From assembly GCF_009914755.1 (NCBI RefSeq), contig NC_060940.1: a DNA stretch of 64,000 nucleotides, one strand, 5' to 3'. A program made the position numbers and the translations under genes. Under the pieces are notes generated by a model. The model ran no database searches, was not told where the DNA came from, and saw only the letters and a program-made list of their open reading frames with translations. The stretch comes from the human T2T-CHM13v2.0 reference genome, Homo sapiens. Below, one piece after another: positions 15,327 to 29,229 of the stretch (position 1 is the stretch's first letter; each line of letters begins with the position of its first letter).

Positions 15327-15679
15327 TTTTTCTTTGAATAAAAGGCTCAATAGCTGGAAATGCAAAAGGAAACCACTGAAGTATTTCAACACCCTCATTT
15401 CTACTTGGGGATTGAGGAAACTGAGGTCTAGGTGGGGAAAGTGATGCCCAACAAGAGGGACATGCTCAAGGCCACCCAGCTAACAGAGACCAGACAAACC
15501 ACAAGGATCTAGTAGTTTTTCCCACTGGCCCAAGGATCTTTCCTCCACATTCACCTAACATTCCAGTTCCTCCCTATTCCAATGCCTTACCTGGCCTCAG
15601 GTGCAGGGGCATCAGTTTAAAGGGGCAGAGGCCTCCAACACTTTGGGGGGCCTCACTGCTGCCTTGAGGTCTTACACAT

Positions 15680-16034
15680 TCCCTCTAGCTGAAAGGCTCT
15701 TCCTGCAGATGTTCATTTGGCTGGCTTCCTTGTGGCACTGACATCTTGATCCAATGTCATCTCAGAGAGGTTTGTCCTGCCTTTCCTTTAAAAGTGACTT
15801 CTCTATCATCCTTACAAACACATGCCAGGCACCTTCTTCCACATTTTATTTTCTTTATAGCCCTTATTAATAACTGAACTTGTCTTGTTTGTTTGTTAGA
15901 CTAATTAACATCTGTCTTTCCCAAAAGAATGTAAATTCATGATCAGGGACCTTGTCTGTCTCGTCTACTATTTTATCAGCTCCTAGCACGCTGCCTATCA
16001 CATAGTAGGCACTTCATATGTCTTGAATGAATGA
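15680..16034 (+). mobile_element. L2 LINE 3' end
   Basis: Ends CCTAGCACGCTGCCTATCACATAGTAGGCACTTCATATGTCTTGAATGAATGA. Confidence 0.75.
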
Positions 16035-17918
16035 GTGTTCACTTCATTTTGTATATGAAACATAAGACTTTCAGAGTCATCACAATTTGCTCCAGTGTTC
16101 AGTGGGTTTGTCACCACAAATTGCTCCAATCACACTCACCACACATATTTGTGAAGGAATCTGCATGAATCCTTCATCTTCAAGATGCTCACAGCTGGGC
16201 TGCTCTGGCAATATCTCAGCTGCTAAATACAAAGGCCATAGAAAAAGCATCCAGATCCACTTGGCCTTGGTTTCCTGGGTAACCAAGGTTGTGTGCTTAG
16301 ATGCACATGACCAAACAGGACTCTCCCAGGGGACATGGGTATTGAAAACTCCGGCACCAGCTGCATGTTTTTTACTTGCTCAAGTAGCCGTGGCCTGAGA
16401 CTCTGACAACTAGCTCAGTGGCTTGATCTCCAGGGCCAGACCCAAAATATCAGTGGACAAGATGCCCAGCCCCAATACCAAATGTTTACATCCAAGCCCA
16501 GGGAATGCGTGGGCTCCAGGCTGTCGAAGACGTAATTGTATATTAATTCACATTTTGTTGTATGTGTACTATTATAATCAGACAAAAATTGAATACCCCA
16601 TTCTTCTATGCATGGAACCAAGTCACACCTAATATGCTAATCTAAAAGTATTCCCTTTCATGTCAATTCATCAAGAAGATAGGGCAATTGTAAATATTTA
16701 TGTACTCAGCATTGGAGCACCCAAATATATAAAACAACTACTAACAGAACTGAAAAAAAAACAGCAATACGATAATGGTAGGGGACTTCAATATTGATCC
16801 TCAACAATGAGAGATTATCCAGACAGAATAATCTATCAAGGAAGAAATGACAAATTTGAACATTACTCCAGATCAAACAGACCTAGCAGACATATACAGA
16901 ATGTTTCATTCAACAGCATTAGAATACACATTCTTCTCAAATATGCATGGACATCCTCCAGGACAGATCATATGTTAGGCCACAAAACAAGTCTTAACAG
17001 ATTCAGAAAGATCGAAATTGCATCAAGCATCTTGTCCATTACAAGGATATCAAACTAAAAATCAATAAGAATAAAAGTTGAAGACTTTACAAATAAGTAG
17101 AAATTAAACAACACCCTCCTGAAAAACCAATGGATCAAAGAAAACACCAAAAGGGAAAGTGGAAAGATATCTTGAAATAAATGAAACTGGAAATGCAACA
17201 TGTCAACACCTATGGGTTGCAGCAAAAGTAGTTCTAAGAAGAAAGAGTATAGCTATATATGACCTCATCAAAAAAATGAAAGATCTCAAAAAAACGCCCT
17301 AACTTTACACTTGAAAGTTCAAAAAACTAAGTCCAAAGGTAGCAGAAGAAGGGAAGTTACAAAGATTAGAGCAGGAATAATGAAAGACTAGAAAAGATCA
17401 ACACCACCAAAAGATTTGGTTTTTTGAAAAGGTAAGCAAAATTGACAAACCTTTAGCTAGATTAACCAAGAAAAAAAGAGAGACAACTCAAATAAATGAA
17501 ATTACAAATGAAAAAAGGATATATTAACCCCTACCACAGAAATGTAAAGGATCAAAACAGACTTGAACAATTACATGTCAATGAATTACATAACATAGCA
17601 GAAATGGATAAATTCCTCAAAATATACAACCTACAAAGCCTAAATCATGAAGACATAGAAAATATGAATAGACTAATAATGAGTAAAGAGATTGAATCAG
17701 GAATAAAAAATCTCCCAACAGAGAAAAGTCCAGGACCTAAGGGCTTCATATAAAACATTAAAGAGAAACTAATACCAATCTTTCTCAAACGCTTTCAAAA
17801 AATTGAATAGAGGGGACCATTTCCAAACTCATTTTATAAGGCCAGCATTACCTTAATACTGAATCCAGATAAGGACACCACCAGAAAACAATACTGCAGG
17901 CCAATATCCCTAATAAAC

Positions 17919-18296
17919 TGTATTAGTTTGTTCTCATACTGCTATAAAGAAATGCCTGAAACTGGGTAATTTATAAAGAAACGAGGTTTAATTGGCTCAC
18001 AGTTCTTCAGGTTGTACAGGAAGCATGGCTGGGGTGGCCTCAGGAAACTTTTGATCATGGAGGAAAGGGAAACAAGCACATCTTGCATGGCCGGAGCAGC
18101 AGGAAGACAGTAAGGGGGGAGTTGCTACACACCTTTAAACAACCAGTTCTCATGAGAACTCACGTGCTATCATGAGAACAGCTAGGTGAAAATCCATCCC
18201 CATGATCCAGTAACCTCTTGTCAGGCCTCTCCTCCAACAGTGGGGATTACAATTTGACATGAGATTTGGGTTGGGGCACAAATCCAAACCATATTA
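17919..18296 (-). mobile_element. MSTA-like MaLR solo LTR nested in L1
   Basis: TGTATTAGTTTGTTCTC...CCAAACCATATTA; TSD TAAAC/TAAAT; L1 ORF2 continues across it. Confidence 0.9.
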
Positions 18297-18902
18297 TAAA
18301 TATATATGTAAAATTCTCACAAAATGCTAACAAACCAAATTCAACAGCACATCAAACTATCATTTGCCATGATCAAGTGGGATTTATCCCTGGGATGCAA
18401 GGATGATTCAACATAAACAAATCAATAAATGTGATACACCACATTAACAGAAGGAAGGATAAAATCATATAGTCCAAATAGATGCAGAAAAATCATTGGA
18501 CAAAATTCAGTATTCCTTCATGAGAAAAACTCTCAGCACATTGAATATAGAAGAAATAAACTTCAATATTGCATGGCCATATATTACAAGCCCAACAAAC
18601 AGCATACTCAATGGTGAAAAGCTGAGAGCTTTTCCTCTAAGATCAGGAAGAAGACAAGGGTGCCCACTCTTACTGCTTCTATTCAATGTAGCACTGGAAG
18701 TTCTAGTCAGAGCAAGTAGGCAAGAGAAAGAAATAAAATACATCCAAATTGGAAGGAATAAGTAAAATTGTTTCTGCAGATGGCATGACCTTATATATAG
18801 AAAATCCCAAGGACTCCACCCAAAACCTGTTGGAACAAATAAAGGAATTCAGTAAAGATGCAGGATACAAAAGCAACATATAAAAATTAGTTACATTTCT
18901 AA

Positions 18903-19612
18903 TAAAAACCACAATGAGATACCATCTCACACCAGTTAGAATGGCGATCATTAAAAGGTCAGGAAACAACAGGTGCTGGAGAGGATGTGGAGACTGTAAA
19001 CTACTTCATTCATTGTGGAAGACAGTGTGGTGATTCCTCAAGGATCTAGAACTAGAAATACCATTTGACTGAGCCATCCCATTACTGGGTATATACCCAA
19101 AGAATTATAAATCTTGCTGCTATAAAGACACATGCACACGTATGTTTATTGTGGCACTATTCACAATAGCAAAGACTTGGAACCAACCCAAATGTCCAAC
19201 AATGATAGGCTGGATTAAGAAAATGTGGCACATATACATCATGGAATACTATGCAGCCATAAAAAAGGATGAGTTCATGTCCTTTGTAGGGACATGGATG
19301 AAGCTGGAAACCATCATTCTGAGCAAACTATCACAAGGACAAAAAACCAAACACTGCATGTTCTCACTCATAGGTGGGAATTGAACAATGAGAACACCTG
19401 GACACAGAATGGGGAACATCACACACCGGGGCCTGTCGTGGGGTGGGGGAAGTGGGGAGGGATAGCATTAGGAGATATACCTAATGTAAATGATGAGTTA
19501 ATGGGTGCAGCACACCAATATAGCACATGTATACATATGTAACAAACCTGCACGTTGTGCACATGTACCCTAGAACTTAAAGTATAATAATAATAACTAA
19601 AAACAAAACAAA
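18903..19612 (+). mobile_element. L1PA5-like (L1PA4-6) 3' fragment nested in older L1
   Basis: ORF2 C-terminus (MFIVALFTIAKTWNQPKCP...SLIGGN), 3'UTR and A-tail. ~20-bp TSD AAAAATTAGTT(A/G)CA(T/A)TTCTA at 18882-18901 and 19613-19632. Confidence 0.93.
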
Positions 19613-20538
19613 AAAAATTAGTTGCAATTCTAACAATGAACTATCTGAAAAATAAATAAAGAAAACTATATTTACAGCAGCATCAAAAACAATCAAATAC
19701 TTAGGAATGAATTTAACCAAGGAAGTGAAAGATCTGTACACTGAAAACTATAAACCACTGATAAAAGAAATTGAAGAACATAAAAATAAATGAAAGGATT
19801 TCCTTTGTCAGTGGATTAGAATAATTAATATTGTTAAAATGTCCATACTATCCAAGTGATACACAGATTCAGTGTAATTTCTATTTAAATTCCAATGGCA
19901 TTTTTCACAGAAATAGAAAACAATCCTAAAATTTACATGGAACCACAAAAAAAAAATAGCCTTAACAGTCTTGAGAAAGAAGAACAAAGGTGGAGGAATC
20001 ATGTCCTGATTTCAAAATATATTACAAAGTTACAGTAATCAAAATAGTATGGCATTGGCATGAAAGCAGACATGTAGACAAATGGAACTATGTTGGTACC
20101 CCAGAAATAAATCCATACATAAGTACAACTAGTATTTGACAAGAGCCTCAAAGATAGTCTCTTCAATAAATAGTGTGAGGAAAACCGGATATTCAGATGC
20201 AAAAGAATAAATTGCACCTATCTGACACCACTCACAAAAATTAAGCTGAAATAAATTGAAGACTTAAACATAAGGCCCAAACTAAAATTCTTAGAAGAAA
20301 AAATAGGAAAAAGACTCTTTGACAATGAGTTTTTGGATATGAAACCAAAAGCACAGTAACAAAAGCAACAATAAATAAGTGGGACTACATCAAACTAAAA
20401 AGCTTCTGCACAGCAAAGGAAACAATCAACAAAATGAAAAGGCAATCTATAGAAGGGGGAAAATATTTGTAAATCATAGATCTGATAAGGGGTTAATATC
20501 CAAAATATATAAGGAACTCATACAACGCAAGAGCAAAC

Positions 20539-20566
20539 AATTAATTAATTAATTAATTAATTAATT
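20539..20566. repeat. (AATT)7 microsatellite, self-complementary
   Basis: Directly visible. Confidence 0.95.
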
Positions 20567-21437
20567 TAAAAATGGACAGAGGACCTGAAAATGGCAGCTT
20601 AAAAAATAAAAGACATGCAAACGGCCAACAGGTACATGAAAAGATGCACGACATCACTAATCATTGGGAAAATGCATAAAAAAATCACAAGATATCACTT
20701 CACACCTGTTGGAATAGCTGTTATCAAAAAGACAAGAGATAAAAGTGTTGGCTAGAATGCGGAGAAAAGGGACCTCCTGTGTACTGTTGGTAGAAATGTA
20801 GATTGGTACAGACATTATAAAAAACAGTGTGAAGTTTTCTCTTAAAAATTAAAAATAGAACTGCCATAAGATCCAGCAATCTTGCTTCTGAGTATATAGC
20901 CAAAGGAAACAAAATCATTATCTCAACGAGATACTCCCATGTTCATTGCATCATTATTCACCATAGGCAAGATGTGTAAACAACCCAGGTGTCCATTGAT
21001 GAGTGAATTATTGTATAAATACATATATGTATCTATATACACACACATAATAGAATACTATCCAGCCATGAAAAAGGAAATCCTGCCATTGTGAAAATAT
21101 GGATGAACCGAAGAACATTATGCTAAGTAAAATAAGCCAGGTACAGAAAGACAAATACTGCACAATATCACTTGTATGCAGACTCCAGAAAAGTCAAACT
21201 CATAGAAGTAGAGAGTAGAATGGTGGTTGCACGAGCCAGTGGATGGCAAGGTGATGAGGAGCTCTCTGTCAGAGGGTACACATTTTCAGTAATAAGATAA
21301 ATTCTGGGCATCTTATGTACTGTATTGTATACTTGAAGTTTGTTAATAAAATAGATCTTAAATGTTTTAATAAAAAAAGAGATAACTGTGTGAGGTTATG
21401 GATAGGTTAATTAGCTGGTTTGTGGTAACCATTTCAC

Positions 21438-21495
21438 TATGTGTGTATATATATATATATGTGTGTATATATATAAGCTATATATATATATATGT
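21438..21495. repeat. (TA)n/(TG)n compound microsatellite
   Basis: Directly visible. Confidence 0.95.
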
Positions 21496-21564
21496 GGGCA
21501 AGTTATCCCACTTGAAACTAAGAATTTTAGTTTGGGCCTTATGTTTAAGTCTTTAATCTATTTC

Positions 21565-21568
<4 letters not shown>

Positions 21569-21614
<46 letters not shown>

Positions 21615-21629
21615 ATATATATATATATA
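21569..21629. repeat. (CT)22 followed by (AT)n microsatellite
   Basis: Directly visible. Confidence 0.95.
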
Positions 21630-22319
21630 GCTTAATAGGACGAGCTCCTGGTATTTTTACCAGGCTGCTAAATTCTAGATTACAAGAGTGTGCTTTCATG
21701 TCAGTAAACCCACCCTTACACATCTTTGTGTTCTGTCTTACCTGATTCACCTCCATCAGCGTCTTCTCTTCTGCACATTTTTTGGGTTTCTGCTGGCACC
21801 AATACCTAGGTCACACACTCTTTTAGTGAATAAGTTTTTTTCTCTGTAATGGGATTATATTTACTCACTTTACCTATGCTTAAGACTGTTATTGGTCTAG
21901 TTATTAGTATGAAAGCAATGAGGGGAGGCAGAGGTGGATATTTTGGAAGGAAGCATCATTTGGAGAAACACCCACCCCAGGAAAGGACTTTTGGAGAGAG
22001 GAGGCTATTCTCCTCTACTAAGAGAAAGAGGCTGCATCTACTACCTAAGAGGGCCCAGGAAAATCTGGGGGTTCAAGTTTTATAGACATCTACCCAAATG
22101 TCTTGAGTCCATGTCTCAGGGACCCACTCCCTCCCTAACATGGTCCTGACTTTAGCACAGGGCATCAGTTGAGGTTGTGCATTCCATCTGTAGCCATAAA
22201 AAACAAGAGTCCTTTTAAAATTGTCATGGAGACTTTCTACATTTCACAATAGAAGGGTGAATTATCAAATTTCTGCTAAAGGCAATGAGGGCTCAGTTCT
22301 ACTCTAACCTCTAGAACGC

Positions 22320-22520
22320 ATAAGGAGTGACTTCTAGAATTAACTCCCAGAAAGATAAGAGGTCAGAGCATTTGTTCATGAGCTCCCATCCTGGTTGGCT
22401 GGGAGTGGCCCCCCAGGGTGCTAACTTGCCCACATTTCTAGATTTCACTTGTATGCAAATCAGTACGTTCCACAACTTTCGGGAAGACTTTGAGGCAGAA
22501 AGATGGGATGTTGTCATCAC
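22320..22520. mobile_element. Old ERVL LTR fragment (LTR16-like)
   Basis: CTCCCATCCTGGTTGGCTGGGAGTGGCCCCCCAGGGTGCTAACT resembles the LTR16 family. Confidence 0.4.
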
Positions 22521-23795
22521 AAGATGACTTAGAGCTCACGTGGATCTCTCCTCCAGAAATGAACTAAGAACTAGGCCAAGAGGACTCAACATGCCATCCT
22601 CATTTACCTCCAAATATTTTCTAATGTCTAGAGCTTCACGTGGCAATGGTTACCTGGAGACAAGGAGTAGGTGACCACCTTAAGTGGCACATAACTCTTC
22701 AAATTTCCACAGCCTCTTCCTGGCCAACTTTGCTAACTTAGAAAAATTTACTTTGCCTCTGTAGGTGTTAGACTTCTAAATTTGGAGTTAGAATAGCCAG
22801 GTAACATAAAATTTGGAATGAACAAAAAGATAACCTGAACCAATATTTTCATTCTGTGACTGAGAAAACAAGTCTATCTGTCAAGATATAATTTACTTGA
22901 TATTTAGATATCCTAGTTTTGTGATTCTTTCTCATTTGCCTCTCTCCACACCTCAAGCCCCAGCTAGCTGTCTTATGAGAGGAAGTAAATGACTCCATGG
23001 AGCCCATAACTCCAGAATGTTTCTAGAAAAATATCTCTCCACAGATATGTTGCTAGAAACATATCTATGTTCACCAACCACACTTCTGGATGGCCACCAG
23101 GACAATTGTCCCCTGCTTACCATCACTGTAATACTTCACAGCCACTTCAAACACAAAGCTATCCCAGAGAGAACCCTCTTTTCCACAAATCTACATCTCT
23201 TCCTAAATTCCTGTTAATTCTATATTTTTCCTTTTCACATACACTGTTGCTCACATCTATTTTGGGTTTGAAATTTTTCATTTTTCACTTCAACCACTGC
23301 AATCATCTTTTAACTGGTCTTCCTGTCATTAGTTTCCTTCCCCTCTAATCTGTCTTCCAAAGCACTGCCACAATGATGCTTATAAAATGCAAAAAGGAAC
23401 AAGCTACTACACTTTCCAAAATCCAGTGGTTCACTATCACACATATCATATAATTATCTCTTCTTTTAACAAATAAGTACTGAGTACCTGCCTATTTTCT
23501 TGCTAGGTGCTATGTTTACAGTGGCAAACAACACAAACATGTACCCCTAGTCATGGAGCTTTAATTGCCATGGACTTTTAAAAAACTTTATTCCTTTAAA
23601 TGTGTTCTACTAGTACAGTCATGTTGTATTTCCTGCTCACGTCCTAAAATTATTTCTTGAAACACTTCCACCTCTGCAAAATTATTTCAGTCATATTGAC
23701 TTGGAGATCCTTTAAGAAACAAATCCCCGTGAAAGAAAAGTTTTATTAGCTGGCCAACATGTTTGCTGAATGGACAAATGAACAATAAACCACTG

Positions 23796-23909
23796 CAGGG
23801 TAAAACTAGGATGAGCCAAACAAGGCACCCAGGGCACAAAATGTAAGGAGGCACTCACTCTCAGGGTGTGCCCTCCGTGCTCTGCTGCTCTACTCTAGTT
23901 TGGGTCCTG
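23796..23909. mobile_element. MER91-like hAT-Tip100 MITE
   Basis: CAGGG...AGGGCACAAAATGTAAGGAGGCACTCACTCTCAGGG...CCTG. Confidence 0.65.
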
Positions 23910-24739
23910 GACAGCCATTAGAAGCCAAGGATGACTGGGGGTGAAGAAGAGAAAGGTGTTTGTGTGAGCTGTCCATGGTGCTGATTAGGCAACTGCTGTT
24001 GTGCACTGTCCAGGGTTCTGTTTAGAAGCGGCACATATATGGTTTCCTTTGCCTATGTGCAGCCTTGGCTTTCCATAGATCTTTGTTTGAGGATCAAAGT
24101 GGCTAAGGTATGTGGCACACCACAGGTTCCAGGCTTCATTCCAAAATGCACCAAGAAAACCAGACAGAATATGTCTCTGCTATTTGGTTTCTGGAAAAAA
24201 CAGGTGCTGTGCATTCTCTGGTGCCTAGGGAAGCCAAAATACCCACCCCTTAACTCTGCAGGGCCATTATAAAAACATGTTCTCCAAATTGTCTCTATAA
24301 ATAATATCCAGGAATTTTCAAATGTCTCTGGGATGTCTTTCAATCCTGAGAACTAGAGGTGCTTTAAACAGTTATTCTGAGTCTACTCAAAAGTACTGGC
24401 CTCATTAACAAATCAAAACCCCCCATAAACAACCTGAATAGTCTCTACTCACATTGGGAAAAATCTAGGTAGATTAAGATTTTTTTTTCACTAAATTTTA
24501 CCCTACACGACACAAAGTTTATCCAGAATGAAGATAAAAATAGAGTTAAAGGAAGAAGAAGAATGGATTCCTCTATGGCAGCCTGCATTAAGCAGAAATT
24601 TGGCTTGCTTTTATCTATTTGTGTAGTTTTGTGATTCTTTGAGTGAAAAAAATCCGTTAAATTGTGCATTGGTTTTGGTTGGTCTTGTCTTCTGCAATAT
24701 ATACAGAGACTCAATTTTGTGGGAAATTTCATATAGTAG

Positions 24740-25720
24740 GTGAATAGAATCCTAAAATGACAGGCCTTGAAGATAACTAGTCTAACTTCTACATTAAACA
24801 AATGAAGAAACTGAGGTTAAATGGGGATCTTTTCTCTATCAAGGTCATAAAAATGAGCTGGTGGCAGAGCTAGAATCAGAGTTTAGATTTTCCAACTGCA
24901 AATCAAACATTCTCTTCTCACATGAAAATTCATCTTTCCCATAAGTTCTGGTCACCTGACATTGGAACTATGAAGAATATATAAGGGAAATAAGATTGCA
25001 ATAAATCATAATAGTACTATGTCCTAGACACTGTGCTTTAATTGATGACTCTATAAAGTAGATATGATGACTACTGTTGTGTTGTTATTTGTTGTTGTTT
25101 CTTATTGCTGTTATTCTTATTATCATCATCATCACACTTCCTTTACAATGAAGAAATTAAGGTTTAGAGAGGTTTAGTAACTTACCTAAGGTCACAGAGA
25201 TAGCAAGAAGCTGAACAGGGATTTGGACTTAGATTTGTCTCCAAAATGTGTGGCTCCTTCACTAACACACTGTTCTACCTTACTATTTTCTTCTTTGCTT
25301 GCTTTGAAAACATTTGGTTTTATGTTCACCTACATGAAATGCACTAAATCTCTGGTGATGGCAGTGTTTTACATTTCTAACCAGATGCAGCTGAGCAGAT
25401 CAATGCATGAAGTAAATCACAAAATAGAGATTGAACTTAACAGGTAAGTTGCCCTATTGTCTATAATTATATAAGCTCAGTATAATTCAAATAAATGGTG
25501 CTTATATCATGATGTTTGGCCACACATGGCTAGATAATGCCTATTATTTTTTATATTACTAACAAAAATAATAAACAAGTATCAAATTTCTATCATATGC
25601 CAGTTAATTTATAGATCAGACTTCACATAATCTGTAAAACAACCTTGCATTATAGGTACAATTAACCCTGTTTTATGGATGCAGAAACTGAGGTCCAGAG
25701 AATTTAGATCACTTCTCCAT
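24740..25720 (-). mobile_element. Cluster of three MIR fragments (~24740-24920, 25010-25275, 25560-25720)
   Basis: Three MIR cores: GAAGAAACTGAGG; GAAATTAAGGTTTAGAGAGGTTTAGTAACTTACCTAAGGTCACA; GCAGAAACTGAGGTCCAGAGA. Confidence 0.65.
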
Positions 25721-26247
25721 CTTTTAATGTCATTTTGGCTGATTTTGATGTTTTCAGGACTTGGCCTGCTTCAAATGACAAACCATTCTCCAGTGGGGCT
25801 GTGTCCCACATTTTGCTAATTTTGCCAGGGCAGCAAGTGCTTGGCTTATTTCGTTTTATTTTTGTTCCAATGTATTTCGGTGTATATTGTGATAGTTGCT
25901 CAGCAGAACTGGACAGCTTACACATGGCCAAGCACATCTCTCATTATCTCACTGTCGAGTGTGTGCTCATGTTCCCTTGTCCTGGAAAACCCTTCCTTTC
26001 AACTCTAGATACTCAAATCTCAACTGTTGAGGCTCAAATGGCAATTCCTCCATGTCATTCTTCTTGATGTCTTCCCCAGAAAAATAATTTCTACTTCCTT
26101 TTAATTCCCACAGAAGCTCATTTAAGTGACTCGTTACATATTCACTTATTAATTTATTAATTGAGCAAGAGAGGATTTATTGCTTAGCAGACATTATGCT
26201 TAAAAGTTAAGTTGGTTTTAAAAAGCCACTTATTAAAACACCTTATG

Positions 26248-26584
<337 letters not shown>

Positions 26585-29229
26585 TTATTCACTTTAATTT
26601 TACCTCCATACTAATACACACCAAACTCTTTCAGGACAAAAATCAAATCTCATTTATATTCATATTAGGACACATGATACCAAACAAATTTCCAATAAAT
26701 AGTTATTAGGAAAAATGTATTATTTGGAAAAATGAAGATATTGGTTAATTTTACAATTTACATGAATTACTAAATCATTATTTCTAATAATAATTGGTCT
26801 AATCACATACAAAGTAACCCAGGAAGGATGTCATAAAAAAAAAAAAAAGACCTAGAAATGAAGGGAGAGCAACACTCCTCGTTTCATTTGGTTTTGGTTT
26901 TGTTTTTCCAAAAATGTTTTATGTTTATCTATATGACCTGCCCCAAATCTCTGGAGAAAGCTTATGTTATGCAAATTGGTGCCAGAGGTAAATTACAAAA
27001 CAGAAGTGAGCCTTAAGAACAATTGAGGTCCATCATATTGCTGGGGCCCATTAAAATTCTTCTTCCTCTCTGAGGCCTTGCTCTGCGAGGAAGTCAACAG
27101 TTGAACCTATTCCTAACTTGACTTTCGTTCTTAGTACCTGGGACACCTGGCTTGGTGTGAGTCTTTGTTTTTGTTTCTTTTAATATGACTGTGTGGTTCT
27201 CTGGCACCAGGCAGGCTCTTCTCCTCAGCTAGTGACTTTACTTTCTGCCATCTGTGAGCTCACCACCTGCAACTAGAATCTATAAAACTCAGTGAGATAA
27301 AGTTCTGGTTTTTGTAATTGTTGCTGAAGCATATTTTTTCCCTCTTTAAAAAAATTCCCTTTGTAATTTTAAAAGAGTCTTTAGCCATATGCAAGGTAAA
27401 TAGCATCTGTGGAAACAACTTCAAAACCTCCAGGTCGCCATAATGCTGCCTTAGGGAAATGTTAGGTTGACTCTTGATGGACATTGAGTCTAGATCTTTT
27501 TCCTATCTTTTCCTATCTGAATCCTATTTTCTGTTGCTATCCTAGGAGCACACTGGAATCTACAATCTCAAGGTATTAGGGAAAAATTTTTCTGACCATA
27601 CAACCTACCCAAAGGATGAAAATCTAGCTCAGTTTCAGCCTTTTTAGTTGTTATTTCCATACCTGCTTTACAAAATTCTACACTTTTTCTCCTGCAATTG
27701 GCAACAGTCATGCATGTGTGTATGGAGATGGCATCCTCTTTAGGGAACATATTAAATTGATTATGCACATCTGAATATCCTCTGTGATCACTAAATGAAA
27801 ACCTCCAAAGAAAAGGGATAAAAGAAAGAGCTCAGAGAAGGGGGCAGAACATTACTGAGGCACCAAGGAAGTCTTCCAAAGAGTTCCATTTCAGTGAAGT
27901 ATGTCTTGTTTTGATGGTACAAGTCTCTCTATATGTTTTTTAAATTACTGGCAAAAGAGTTTGAGAATTAACTGGTGAAAAGATTTCCAAAGGCTTATCA
28001 GTTTGTTGAATTCATCTTCCATCAATGACCTAGGAAAATACACCTGATAGAAGCCTTCCCCATTCCTGGACACTGAAAAATCTGCATATAAATAAAACAT
28101 CTGTTAATCTCCTGGCTGATTTCCTGCCCCACTGGAGGCATAAAGCTGTGTTGTTATGGAAATGCAGCGAGATGGGGGTCACAATACACTTTCTGTCTTT
28201 ATTATCATCTTCTCTGCTATAGAAAGTGTTCCGATGCAAGGCCACTAAATTTAGTCTCATTTTATAGACATTACAGAAACACATTTATTCCACCTGAAGG
28301 ACTCAAAGGCCATGGTGAATGGGTTCCTATCTAGGAAGAAAGTCAGCCTCATTGAATGGAATCTTGTGAAATTCTAGATGTGATTATCTCCTCCATTCTG
28401 ATGACAGCAACCACAAGGTTCAGGTTTACAGCAATGCTATCTGTACTTGTGGAAGCAGGAGACAACTGTAAGGAGAAGAAACCTCATTGGCTCTTTAATT
28501 TGCTCTTGCAGGGAAAATATAGAGAACGCAGGAAAACACCCAGATTGAGATTTGGCTGCCCAAGCTGCAAATACTTAGGAAACCAAACAACTGGTATGTT
28601 GTAATTGATGAAATAAGAAGAAGGGGGAAATGCACTTTTAAAGAGATGGAAGAACACACTGTGTGAGTTAATAAGCAGTGCTGCAGAAACCTAAAACATG
28701 AGCCATATTTCACCATTTTAATAAAATAATTCCACTGGTTTGAGGCACATTTTTTTCCTTTAAAAAATCCTCATTTTACAATAAATATTTGTTGATCCCT
28801 TTTTGCATGTCTAGCCATATAAATTTTCCATGAAGTAGTTAGCTTTTGATGCTGTGGTTTGAAACCTGACTTGCCATGTTGCCTCAATGAGCCCTTTTCT
28901 TTCTTTATAATAAGGAACTAATAATAATGCTGAAGTTGAACATTATTATGAGGAGTTCATCCCTAGGATGAGCAAAGTATCTATAGACCTGAGTTAGAAT
29001 CCTTGCACGTCTGTTATGACCTTGAATGTTATTTTTTTTTTCAAACTTGCTTCTTGGTCTATAAAATGAAAGTAATGAGGTCTACCTCTTAAAAGTGCTC
29101 TGGAGATGAAATTATATAATGCAGTAAAGGTCATATCCTGGTGTGCCACACATAGTTTAGGAAATGTGAGGACTACTGAAAAGGTGACACAAAGCCACTT
29201 CTTTCCAGATGCTAACATTTAATTAGAAC

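Larger units (their letters stand above)
16660..21473 (+). mobile_element. Old LINE-1 (L1MA8-10/L1MB-like): ORF2 from the endonuclease domain to the 3'UTR, with two nested insertions
   Basis: Degenerate ORF2 peptides (e.g. NLPTEKSPGPKGF; [14 protein letters not shown]). 3'UTR GATAACTGTGTGAGGTTATGGATAGGTTAATTAGC. The terminal poly(A) region is missing. Confidence 0.9.

Noticed and set aside
14971-15444. ORFs resembling database 'hypothetical proteins' (also at 26264, 38220-38530, 58305-58614)
   Set aside because: They are translations of Alu sequence.
27495-27530. Short TTTCCTATCT repeats; also (GTT)n at ~39950 and (TG)n at ~55020
   Set aside because: Ordinary slippage-derived simple repeats.
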